Position numbers and translations under genes: made by a program | The notes under the pieces: model-generated | Database searches by the model: none | Seen by the model: only the letters and a program-made list of their open reading frames with translations | What the model was told of the DNA's origin: nothing | Part shown: piece by piece, positions 7,382 to 14,695 of the stretch | How positions within the stretch are numbered: the first letter of the stretch is position 1 | How the letters are laid out: every line of letters begins with the position of its first letter | DNA from: Rickettsiales bacterium | GTDB taxonomy: Bacteria; Pseudomonadota; Alphaproteobacteria; Rs-D84 | DNA: 39,363 nucleotides | Assembly: GCA_031263295.1 (NCBI GenBank) | Contig: JAISGC010000092.1 | Coordinates: forward strand, 1 to 39,363 | Direction: 5' to 3'

Positions 7382-7904
7382 TTTCTATCACCCATTCCGC
7401 GCATTTAATCATAGCGTAAAAATCATTGAAATCCGGCGCGTCCATTTTGATTTTTTTATGAGAAATATCAACGGGCAGCGCGTTCCAAATGTTGTTCATT
7501 TCATAATTGCCGAAATCCATTCCGACGGGCTCCTTCAACACGAATGCGCGCCACAAGGCAATGTGCGCGGGCTCCATATCGTTTTCGTTCGGATCCTTGC
7601 AAACAAAGGATCGGAACGATTCATAGGCTGGCGCGGTCATAGCCGCGCGAAGACACATTTCCGTGTCCGCGCATCCGCCGTCCTCGTATCTTATCGACAT
7701 CCATCCGCGCCGATCCGCCGGTATCAAATCAATCCAATTTCTCATAAGCTTCGCCGCGGCAAAATCAGTTCCTTCGGGCGCGGGCAGGGCGGGGACCTCT
7801 ATTCTTGGCGCGACGATTTTCGACAGAGCCGCGCGGACTTTTTCGTCCGCTATGTCGGTCGTCATCTCCGCGCGCTTTTTAAGATAGGTCAAATCAATCG
7901 CCAT
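7371..7904 (-). CDS. Hypothetical protein (177 aa) wedged between greA and mutL
   Basis: Long ORF with an ATG start. It has 11-bp overlaps with greA (3' end) and mutL (5' end), suggesting translational coupling. I recognise no family motif. Confidence 0.55.
   Translation of the reverse strand: MAIDLTYLKKRAEMTTDIADEKVRAALSKIVAPRIEVPALPAPEGTDFAAAKLMRNWIDLIPADRRGWMSIRYEDGGCADTEMCLRAAMTAPAYESFRSFVCKDPNENDMEPAHIALWRAFVLKEPVGMDFGNYEMNNIWNALPVDISHKKIKMDAPDFNDFYAMIKCAEWVIENAG
7587..7618 (+). repeat. Polar palindromic motif, near-perfect palindrome variant (inside orf177)
   Basis: CGTTCGGATCCTT-GCAAACA-AAGGATCGGAACG. Confidence 0.55.
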
Positions 7905-8367
7905 ATTTCACATCGATTATCTCGAACTCTTTTTCTCCGCCGGGCATCCGGACGACGAAGGCGTCGCCCTTGCTTTTTCCGATCATAGCGCGGGCGAGCG
8001 GCGATGTGTTCGATATTATTCCCGCCGCGGCGTTCGCCTCGCATTCGGCCAAAATCCGATAGCGGACTTTCCGTCCGTCCTCGTCTTCGAGCGAGACCAT
8101 GGCCCCGAACATAACCGAATCCCCCGAAAGCGCGGCCGTGTCTATGACATTGGCGTTTTTCAGTATGGATTCAAGGCGCGCTATGTCGCGGTCGATTCTC
8201 CGCTGGTCGTCCTTGGCGGTCTTGTAATCCGCATTCTCGGACAGGTCGCCGAGTTCGCGCGCCGTATGGACGGCCGTCAAAATCGCCGGGCGCTCGACCT
8301 CCGTCAAATGGCGCAGCTCGGACTGCAAGCGGTCGAAGCCCGCGCGCGAAATCGGTTGTTTGTTCAT
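7894..8367 (-). CDS. greA: Transcription elongation factor GreA
   Basis: 157 aa. ...ELGDLSENADYKTAKDDQ... matches the acidic coiled-coil tip, and the C-terminal globular domain has SPLARAMIGK. SD GGAAAGGA is present. Confidence 0.92.
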   Translation of the reverse strand: MNKQPISRAGFDRLQSELRHLTEVERPAILTAVHTARELGDLSENADYKTAKDDQRRIDRDIARLESILKNANVIDTAALSGDSVMFGAMVSLEDEDGRKVRYRILAECEANAAAGIISNTSPLARAMIGKSKGDAFVVRMPGGEKEFEIIDVKYGD

Positions 8368-8421
8368 GGGTCCTTTCCTATATTTGCAAGATTATAAATT
8401 AAAAGCTATAATTTGCAAGTT

Positions 8422-9471
8422 ATGCCGATTATGACGCGTTTTTTGGCGCTTCGATTTGCGAAATCCCTGGGCCTGGTCGTCCTTATCGTCAGCGGGATTA
8501 TTTTCGCGACATCGTTTATGCAGGATATTGCCGGGGCGCCGAGCGTGCCCGCCGCGCTGTCTTTGTCTCTGTCCCACTTCTTCGAGCTGTTTCCGATGTT
8601 CCTTCCGCTCGCGGCCTTTATAGGAACCTTGCTCGCGTTCTATCGGCTGCTTGTATCGAGCGAACTGGTCATAGTCCAGTCCGCCGGTTGGTCGGCCTAT
8701 AAGATAATGCGGCCGATGCTATGGGTGTCGCTGTCGTTCGGAATGCTGGCCGCGATGGTTATCAATCCAATCGGCGCCAATTACGATTTGGAAAGCAAAA
8801 TCAATTCCAAGATTGAAAAGATAGACGATGCCGTCTGGCTGCGCGAGAAGACCGGAGACGGCGCGATTATCATCCGCAGCGTGAATCTGAACAGCGCGGG
8901 CGACGGCCTCGATTTTGTCGACGCCGCGATTCTGCGCCAGAACGCCGCGTTCCAGATAGAAGAGCGCGTCGACGCAAAAGTTTTATCACTGCGCGGCGGG
9001 CGCCTATCCGCGAAGGGCGCCGCGATATTGTCCAAAGACGGCGCGCTCCGGACCGCGGACTGGTCCGCCGATACGACCCTGACCGGCGAGAATGTTATGA
9101 AGCGATACCTTAAAACCAACCAGGTCTCGTTCTGGGAACTGCCCGGGTTTATCGCCGCTTTGCGCGGGATGGGCGCCGGGACCGACGCGCATCTGATGCA
9201 GTTTTTGTCGCTCTTGTTCCTGCCGCTCGTTATGGTTTCCATGTGCGTGATGGGCGCGCTGTTTTCGCAGACCCGAGAGCGCCGCAATTTCTCGTTCGCG
9301 AAAAAGTTCGGATTCGGAATCCTCGCGTGCTTTGTGGTCTATTTCGTCATTCAGATATTTTCCGCAATGGGGTCCAGTGGCGCGATGCCGCCATTGGTCG
9401 CGGCCTTGGCGCCGCCCGCGATAGTTCTGTTCCTTTCGGCCAGCGGGATAATCAGAGCAGAGAATAAGTAA
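8422..9471 (+). CDS. LptF/LptG-family (YjgP/YjgQ) LPS export permease
   Basis: The architecture is three N-terminal TMs, a large soluble loop and three C-terminal TMs, at ~350 aa. The track start at 8413 is TTG; ATG at 8422 or 8431 is more likely. TATAAT at 8407-8412 is only 9 nt upstream of 8422, so the mRNA may be near-leaderless. Confidence 0.6.
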   Translation: MPIMTRFLALRFAKSLGLVVLIVSGIIFATSFMQDIAGAPSVPAALSLSLSHFFELFPMFLPLAAFIGTLLAFYRLLVSSELVIVQSAGWSAYKIMRPMLWVSLSFGMLAAMVINPIGANYDLESKINSKIEKIDDAVWLREKTGDGAIIIRSVNLNSAGDGLDFVDAAILRQNAAFQIEERVDAKVLSLRGGRLSAKGAAILSKDGALRTADWSADTTLTGENVMKRYLKTNQVSFWELPGFIAALRGMGAGTDAHLMQFLSLLFLPLVMVSMCVMGALFSQTRERRNFSFAKKFGFGILACFVVYFVIQIFSAMGSSGAMPPLVAALAPPAIVLFLSASGIIRAENK

Positions 9472-9538
9472 AGGAGGGCGGTCTGGCGACCGCGGGCGGG
9501 CCCTTGGCAGTAGCATAACTATAAAGAAAGAGAAAAGA

Positions 9539-9679
9539 ATGCCGTTGAAGAAAAAAAATAAGTTTCGCAACAAGGTTGTTTTCTGGATTGCGATGGCGGC
9601 CCTGCTTGCGCTGGCGTTCTATGTGCCGAAGCATCCGAACGCGGGCAGGTCCGGCGAAATCGAGTATGAATTATACTGA
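9539..9679 (+). CDS. Possible small membrane protein (46 aa), below ORF-track cutoff
   Basis: ATG at 9539 is preceded by AGAAAGAGAAAAGA. The product is MPLKKKNKFRNKVVFWIAMAALLALAFYVPKHPNAGRSGEIEYELY: a basic N-terminus followed by one TM. It overlaps the xerD start by 14 nt. There is no homology evidence. Confidence 0.25.
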   Translation: MPLKKKNKFRNKVVFWIAMAALLALAFYVPKHPNAGRSGEIEYELY

Positions 9680-10535
9680 ATTATTTTTGGAATCGCTGTC
9701 GGCCGAAAAAGGGCGCGGCGCGAAGACGCTCGAATCTTACGGGCGGGATCTGGCGCAGGCGTCCGCCGCGGTCGGCGATTTGGCGGCGGCGACCGCCGCG
9801 GATTTGCAAGACTTTATAACGGGCCTCGTTCGCAACGGCGCGGCCGCGACATCGGTCGCGCGCAAATGCTCGGCCCTCCGCGGATATTATAAGTTTCTGA
9901 TGATTGAAAAAATAATTTCGGAAAATCCAGCCGCCGCGCTGGATTTGCCGAAGCGGACGAAAAAACTGCCCGGCGTTCTGACCGCAGACGAAATCGACCT
10001 GTTGATTTCGCAGGCCGACGATGCAAAGCATTCCGCGCGCATCCGCGCGATGATAGAGTTGTCCTATGCGTCGGGCCTCCGCGTTTCGGAGCTGTGCGAG
10101 CTGAAAATAAAATCAGTCCTGGGCGACCGGCTTCTCGTCAAAGGCAAGGGAAGCAAGGAGCGCATCGTTCCGATGCACCGCGAGGCCGCGGCGGCGCTTG
10201 AAAAATATATGGCGGTCCGCGATGCATTTCCGAATAGTGAATCACCGTTTGTCTTTTGTTCGTCCGGCGCGTCCAAGCACATCACGCGCGACGGATTTTT
10301 CAAGATTATAAAAAAGTGCGCGGTGCTCGCGGGCATCTCCCCGGAGCGCGTCAGCCCGCACAAGCTGCGTCATTCCTTCGCGTCGCATCTGTTGGAGAAC
10401 GGCGCGAATCTGCGCGCGATTCAGGTTATGCTCGGACACGAGGATATTTCGACGACGCAAATCTATACACATGTCCGCGCGGACAAATTAAAGAACGATG
10501 TTTTCAAGCATCATCCGCTCGCAAGGAATAAATAA
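9666..10535 (+). CDS. xerD: Tyrosine recombinase XerD (XerC/XerD family)
   Basis: The start is placed at ATG 9666 (MNYTELFLESLSAEKG...). Catalytic-domain blocks are ASGLRVSEL, KGKGSKERIVP, HKLRHSFASHLLENGANLRAIQVMLGHEDISTTQIYTHV and a C-terminal HHP. Confidence 0.8.
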   Translation: MNYTELFLESLSAEKGRGAKTLESYGRDLAQASAAVGDLAAATAADLQDFITGLVRNGAAATSVARKCSALRGYYKFLMIEKIISENPAAALDLPKRTKKLPGVLTADEIDLLISQADDAKHSARIRAMIELSYASGLRVSELCELKIKSVLGDRLLVKGKGSKERIVPMHREAAAALEKYMAVRDAFPNSESPFVFCSSGASKHITRDGFFKIIKKCAVLAGISPERVSPHKLRHSFASHLLENGANLRAIQVMLGHEDISTTQIYTHVRADKLKNDVFKHHPLARNK

Positions 10536-10595
10536 GCGGCGAGCCACCGCGGGCATTGGCTTTTTCAGTGCAAAAGTGATAGGGTTATATTTCCT

Positions 10596-11060
10596 ATGAT
10601 ACAAAAATGTGATTTTAAGGGATGCGAAAAACTGGGCAACTGCCGCTGCCCGAAGAATCGCGAGCTGAAAGACTATTGGCATTTCTGTCAGGAGCATGCG
10701 GCCGAATACAACAAGAACTGGAATTATTACGCCGGTATGACCGAGGACGAAATCGACCGCGAATGGGAGAAGGATACTTTCGGCGAGCAGCGGGCCGACG
10801 GGTCATACACCGCGGCCATACGCGATTTCCTGGCGGGCAAGACCAGGGTGCCCGAAAAGAAAAAATCCGCGCCGACCGACATCGCGCGCGCGTTCAATCT
10901 GTTTGGCCTGCCGTCGACGGCGGGCTGGGGCGAGGTTCAGAAAAAATACCGCGCGCTCGCCAAGGCGCATCACCCCGACGCCAGCAAATCCAAGGATCAG
11001 AGCAGATTCATAGAAATCGGAAAGGCGTATGCTCTGCTGAAAAAGTTTTTCGGAAAATAG
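10596..11060 (+). CDS. J-domain protein with N-terminal Cys/His-rich segment
   Basis: The C-terminal J domain reads VQKKYRALAKAHHPDAS...AYALL (HPD motif). The N-terminus is CDFKGCEKLGNCRCPKN...HFCQEH. Confidence 0.75.
   Translation: MIQKCDFKGCEKLGNCRCPKNRELKDYWHFCQEHAAEYNKNWNYYAGMTEDEIDREWEKDTFGEQRADGSYTAAIRDFLAGKTRVPEKKKSAPTDIARAFNLFGLPSTAGWGEVQKKYRALAKAHHPDASKSKDQSRFIEIGKAYALLKKFFGK
10988..11002 (+). repeat. Polar AAGGATCAGA motif, loop-less copy (inside J-domain CDS)
   Basis: ATCCAAGGATCAGAG. The exact 10-mer is at 10992-11001, read as K-D-Q. Confidence 0.6.
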
Positions 11061-11145
11061 TCAGTATTCACCCCGCCCAAGTTTTGCTAGGGCTCGCGAC
11101 TCCGGGTCTGCGACCCTTCGTCGCTCGCCAAGCAAAACTTTCCCG

Positions 11146-11174
11146 CCCCACTTGGACCCTGCGGGTCCGTGGGG
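11146..11174 (-). terminator. GC-rich hairpin 3' of paralog 1 (terminator-like, no clear U-tract)
   Basis: In the sense strand, CCCCACGGACCC-GCA-GGGTCC(AA)GTGGGG forms a 12-bp stem with a 2-nt bulge. It begins 61 nt downstream of the stop. A related hairpin follows paralog 2. Confidence 0.45.
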
Positions 11175-11234
11175 CAGGAGAAGGCGCGTGATAAGATTTC
11201 AGAGCAAAAGAGAATGACGCCGGCGGCGCGCCGG

Positions 11235-12026
11235 TCAGCATCCTTCCGGAAATTTGGGAATATCGAAGTTCGTATTTTCCTCCCCAAGGATTACTCCCTC
11301 TCCGTCCGTGCATCTTGCTTTGCCTTCCGGAATGACTTTTAACCAATCTTTGGCGGGCGCTCCGGTGGATGTCCTGAAATTATCCCGCAGGCATCCCATT
11401 TTTCCGTTTCCGCCGTCCGTGCGCTTCATCTCTGCGTCTGTCAGATAACGCGCCGCCGCGGCTTCGCCGTAAAATACATTCCCGGCAAAAGGCATCGTGA
11501 AGTCGAGCGATTCCGCGATGCGGTTTTGCTGGCCTGCTATCCAGCAGAACTTCTGCTTGCCCGGCGCGGGGTCGCCGAATGTCGCGTTGTTGCATTTAAC
11601 TTTGGCGTCCTTGGCGAAGCGCTGGCCGATTGTAAATCCAATATAAACGATTTTTTTCGCGTTGCATTCCGCGTCGGATAGTTTCGGCGCCGCAGCGGGC
11701 GTTGCCGCAGGAGCCGCGGCGGATGTCGCGGTTGCCGTGTTTGCGGGCGGCGTTGCCGCGGAAGATGCGGCGAACGACGCCTCGCGCCTGGCCATAGTTA
11801 TTTTCGCGTCGCATTGCGCGTTCGTAATCATTTCGGCCTGCTTTTTTTGCAAATCGGCCAGTTGGTTTTTCAAGGCGGCTATGTCCGGGAACGCGCAGTC
11901 CGGGACCGATACCGCGCGGTTGATGCAGACCTTGGCGCAGTTTTGGAACACGCCCGAATCGACATTCACGGCCCGCGCCGACATCGCGGCCGCGATAAAG
12001 AACATAGTGGCGAAAAGTTTTTTCAT
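11235..12026 (-). CDS. Secreted Cys-rich protein, paralog 1 of 3 (unknown function)
   Basis: The start is placed at ATG 12024-12026 (MKKLFATMFFIAAAMSARA signal peptide). It has a conserved N-terminal block VF.NCAKVCINR...PDC.FPDI..L..QLADL, an Ala/Thr/Pro linker, and a C-terminal domain with KCNNATFGDPAPGKQKFCW. Confidence 0.75.
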   Translation of the reverse strand: MKKLFATMFFIAAAMSARAVNVDSGVFQNCAKVCINRAVSVPDCAFPDIAALKNQLADLQKKQAEMITNAQCDAKITMARREASFAASSAATPPANTATATSAAAPAATPAAAPKLSDAECNAKKIVYIGFTIGQRFAKDAKVKCNNATFGDPAPGKQKFCWIAGQQNRIAESLDFTMPFAGNVFYGEAAAARYLTDAEMKRTDGGNGKMGCLRDNFRTSTGAPAKDWLKVIPEGKARCTDGEGVILGEENTNFDIPKFPEGC

Positions 12027-12240
12027 ATAAAATCCATTTGCGCATCGACCATCGCCACCCGAAGCATCGCCCAAGGTGGTTGGAGTTTCATAACAATCGT
12101 TTTCGGAATTGCGTGCTTATTCGGTATATTCGCACACTCCAACCGGTATTGTTGGAGCATTTATCGTCCCTTCGGACGCGAAAACTACGGGTTATGAAGC
12201 CCGGCGCGAGGATTTCCCGCGCTGGGGGAATTATAGCATA
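12027..12240 (-). promoter_or_regulatory. Promoter (TGcTATAAT) plus conserved structured leader, copy 1
   Basis: The extended -10 is on the minus strand (plus-strand ATTATAGCA at 12230-12238). The leader shares hairpins and the duplicated CUCCAAC / GGUUGGAG blocks with 13262-13460 and 27140-27337. Confidence 0.6.
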
Positions 12241-12300
12241 AAAGATTGGAAAGTTAAAGAGTGAAAAATGCGCGACGCAGTGCGGTTCTTCGCCACCACC

Positions 12301-12335
12301 CCGCCCCGCCGGGACCCTGCGGGCCCGCGGGGCGG
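12301..12335 (-). terminator. GC-rich hairpin 3' of paralog 2 (terminator-like)
   Basis: CCGCCCCGCCGGGACCC-TGC-GGGCCCGCGGGGCGG forms ~15 bp with two bulges. It begins 12 nt after the stop at 12347. Confidence 0.45.
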
Positions 12336-12346
12336 AGCAGGCGAGG

Positions 12347-13261
12347 CTAGTCGCAGCCATCCATCAGCCTGAATGAATCTGGAATATTGAAGATGGTATT
12401 TTCTTTCGCCAAAAATCTTCCGTTGCTGTCAAAGCAAGATAAATTGCCTTTGTCTTGATTATACCAGGTTTCCGCCGGTGTCGAAAAACGATCCCGACCG
12501 CATCTTATTGCCATCTTGCCGGTCGCCTCTTGCTCCGTAAGAACATTCGGCCTTGAATCTGCGCCGAAAAACACCAAGGCGTTATAAGGCATTGGGATAT
12601 TCATGGTGCCTTCCGTCCAACGATTAAACTGGCCCAGAATCCAGCAAGATTTCAGTTTGCCGGGCGCAGGATCTTTGGAAAAACCTCTCCTCGAATCTAC
12701 TTTGCAATCGAATGAGTCGCCCATTGTAAATGCTTTGGTTGTTATTGCCGAAGCCATATAGATGATTCTTTTTCTGTCGCATTCGGCCTTCGTGAATGGC
12801 AGCACCTTTATTGTAGGGTCGGTCTTGGCCGGGTTTGCCGTCGTTATTTTCGCGTCGCACTGCGCCGCCGTAAGGTGGTCCGCCTTTATTGCGGCGAGCT
12901 CTTTTTTCGAATCGGCCAATTGCGATCTCAACGCGGCGATGTCCGCGGAGGCGGCCCCGGCCGCGGCGGTGTTTTTCGTGTCGCATGCCGCCGTCGCCGC
13001 CTGCTTTTCCGTCGCCACTTTCGTGTTGCACTGCGCCGCCGTAAGGTGGTCCGCCTTTATTGCGGCAATCTCTTTTTTCGAATCGGACAATTGCGTCTTC
13101 AAGGTTTCTACATCTGGGGACGGGGACGCGCAGTCTGGGAAAACGGCGTTGTTTATGCAGGCCTTGGCGCAGCTTTGGAATACGGATGCGGGCACATTGA
13201 CCGCCCCGGCCGCAGATGCCGCCGCCGCGATTGTTGCGGCAAAAACGAAAAATATTTTCAT
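12347..13261 (-). CDS. Secreted Cys-rich protein, paralog 2 of 3 (with internal 57-codon duplication)
   Basis: It has the signal peptide MKIFFVFAATIAAAASAAGA and the same N-terminal block as paralog 1. The coiled segment L..QL.DSKKE.AAIKADHLTAAQC is present twice. The C-terminal domain contains DPAPGKLKSCW. Confidence 0.75.
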   Translation of the reverse strand: MKIFFVFAATIAAAASAAGAVNVPASVFQSCAKACINNAVFPDCASPSPDVETLKTQLSDSKKEIAAIKADHLTAAQCNTKVATEKQAATAACDTKNTAAAGAASADIAALRSQLADSKKELAAIKADHLTAAQCDAKITTANPAKTDPTIKVLPFTKAECDRKRIIYMASAITTKAFTMGDSFDCKVDSRRGFSKDPAPGKLKSCWILGQFNRWTEGTMNIPMPYNALVFFGADSRPNVLTEQEATGKMAIRCGRDRFSTPAETWYNQDKGNLSCFDSNGRFLAKENTIFNIPDSFRLMDGCD

Positions 13262-13460
13262 ATCAATCCTCCTTTCGTAAATCCGCCATTGCTATGGCGG
13301 TTGGAGGTTTACGACAATTTATGAGAATTGTGCCGCTTATTCAATATATTCGCGCGCCCTCCAACCGATGGTTGGAGCGATTTTCGTCCTGTTCGGACGC
13401 TCATAATCGGGTCGTAAAACCCCATCGCGGAAAATCCCGCGACGGGGGAATTATAGCATA
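13262..13460 (-). promoter_or_regulatory. Promoter (TGcTATAAT) plus conserved structured leader, copy 2
   Basis: Plus-strand ATTATAGCA is at 13450-13458. The SD AGGAGG lies 7 nt before the ATG. This copy carries compensatory variants relative to copies 1 and 3 (GGUUGGAGG/CCUCCAACC; CCGCC/GGCGG). Confidence 0.6.
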
Positions 13461-13492
13461 TATTGTGGGTTGCGGGGAAATGAAAAAGAACA

Positions 13493-13572
13493 AAACTAAA
13501 ACAAAAAATTGCAAAGCAATTTTTTGTCATTCCCGCCTGCGCGGGAATGACAAACCACTTCGTGGTTTGTTT
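13493..13572. repeat. Core-less triple-hairpin repeat (chimera of the ends of elements at 22952 and 25916)
   Basis: It consists of CAAAAAATTGC-AAA-GCAATTTTTTG, then GTCATTCCCGC-CTGC-GCGGGAATGAC, then AAACCAC-TTC-GTGGTTT. 13493-13536 is identical to 25907-25950, and 13529-13572 is identical to 23091-23134. Confidence 0.8.
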
Positions 13573-13596
13573 ATGATTTCATAATAAATAAGGCAA

Positions 13597-13965
13597 TTAC
13601 TTCACAAGGTCCGCGCATTTGGGGGACGGGTTCACGGTTACATAATTCAGCGCGATTGCGAAATAGCAGGTCGGGCAGTTCAATTCTTCCAAGGCCTTGG
13701 CCGCGTCGCCGTCGTATTTCGCCAGGACTTTCTCGACATGGGCCTCTTGGTGCGCGATTGTGTCAATCGCGGTCATATAATCGTCCCACGGGAATGTCTT
13801 TTTAAGCTCGCGCACTTCGCAGTCGCAATATTCCTTGTTATTATTATGCGCGTCCATACAAAAGGCATGCGTGTCTTTCAGCGTCGTTTCCTTCACAAGG
13901 TCCATCGGATCCGTGCCGCATGAAGCGAGCAGGGCGAGCGATATTACGGAAAGTATTTTTTTCAT
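13597..13965 (-). CDS. Putative lipoprotein (122 aa, unknown function)
   Basis: It has a signal peptide with the lipobox LLASC and 7 further Cys residues. I recognise no family. Confidence 0.6.
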   Translation of the reverse strand: MKKILSVISLALLASCGTDPMDLVKETTLKDTHAFCMDAHNNNKEYCDCEVRELKKTFPWDDYMTAIDTIAHQEAHVEKVLAKYDGDAAKALEELNCPTCYFAIALNYVTVNPSPKCADLVK

Positions 13966-14006
13966 TGCGCGATCCTTTTTGTTTAAGAGGATTATATCAT
14001 AAAAAA

Positions 14007-14081
14007 GGACTAGGGACTAGGATTAGGACTAGGGGCGGCGGGAAGTCGGGCTCCACTAGTCCTAATCCTAGTCCTAGTTCC
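14007..14081. repeat. GGACTAG-heptamer inverted repeat
   Basis: GGACTAGGGACTAGGATTAGGACTAGGGG (14007-14035) pairs with CCACTAGTCCTAATCCTAGTCCTAGTTCC (14053-14081). It abuts the stop of the adenosyltransferase gene. The 20-mer 14014-14033 recurs inside trmB. Confidence 0.75.
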
Positions 14082-14083
14082 CA

Positions 14084-14617
14084 TCACATAGCCATTGCGC
14101 GGCGCTGGTCCTGGGATGCCAGTTCGTCGGGGAATAATTCGGGCATATTCGCCTCGCGCTCGAAGCTTTTCACAAACAGATAGTCCGACAGGCGGTTTAA
14201 GTATCTCATTATCGGGTAAAGGTTATAGGCGGCGTCGCCCGATTCGCGCTGGTCGTTGTTCATTTTCACGACCGAGCGCTCGGCGCGGCGGCAGACCGCG
14301 CGGGCCAATGACACGAATCCCTTCGGATTCACGAACCAGGTCGGAATGGAATTGTTGTGGCCGGAGACATAATCCTCCATCAGCGTGATTTGCCGCGCGA
14401 GCGCCGTCTCGTTGTTGTTCCTATAATAAAGGTATCCCATCAGTTCGGACAAGAATGATTGTATCGCCTCGAACTTGCCGTCGCAGAGCCCGAGCACGCA
14501 GGACAATTCGTCGATGTTGCCCATAACATCGAGTATGGCGGCCGATTTCGGCGCCATTGCGTCCGGCGCAATCTGCGTCATTCCGTTATCCCCAAGTTTA
14601 GTTGTCACAAGCGCCAT
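14084..14617 (-). CDS. ATP:cob(I)alamin adenosyltransferase, PduO type
   Basis: 177 aa. The N-terminal TKLGDNGMT matches the T..GD.G.T motif, and the length and helical-bundle composition fit the PduO/MMAB family. It is adjacent to the AdoCbl-dependent RNR. Confidence 0.75.
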   Translation of the reverse strand: MALVTTKLGDNGMTQIAPDAMAPKSAAILDVMGNIDELSCVLGLCDGKFEAIQSFLSELMGYLYYRNNNETALARQITLMEDYVSGHNNSIPTWFVNPKGFVSLARAVCRRAERSVVKMNNDQRESGDAAYNLYPIMRYLNRLSDYLFVKSFEREANMPELFPDELASQDQRRAMAM

Positions 14618-14695
14618 TCTATTACTCTCTCTTTTAATAAAATTACCACTACCCCGTCATCGGCTTCGTGGTGAACACCCCGCTATACCTCTCTT

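Noticed and set aside
11068-11346. Small ORFs in the J-domain/paralog-1 spacer (11068-11346, 11087-11287) and in the nrdJ-trxB spacer (16558-16922).
   Set aside because: They overlap hairpin repeats, the MITE copy or the paralog CDS. They lack an RBS and have low-complexity translations.
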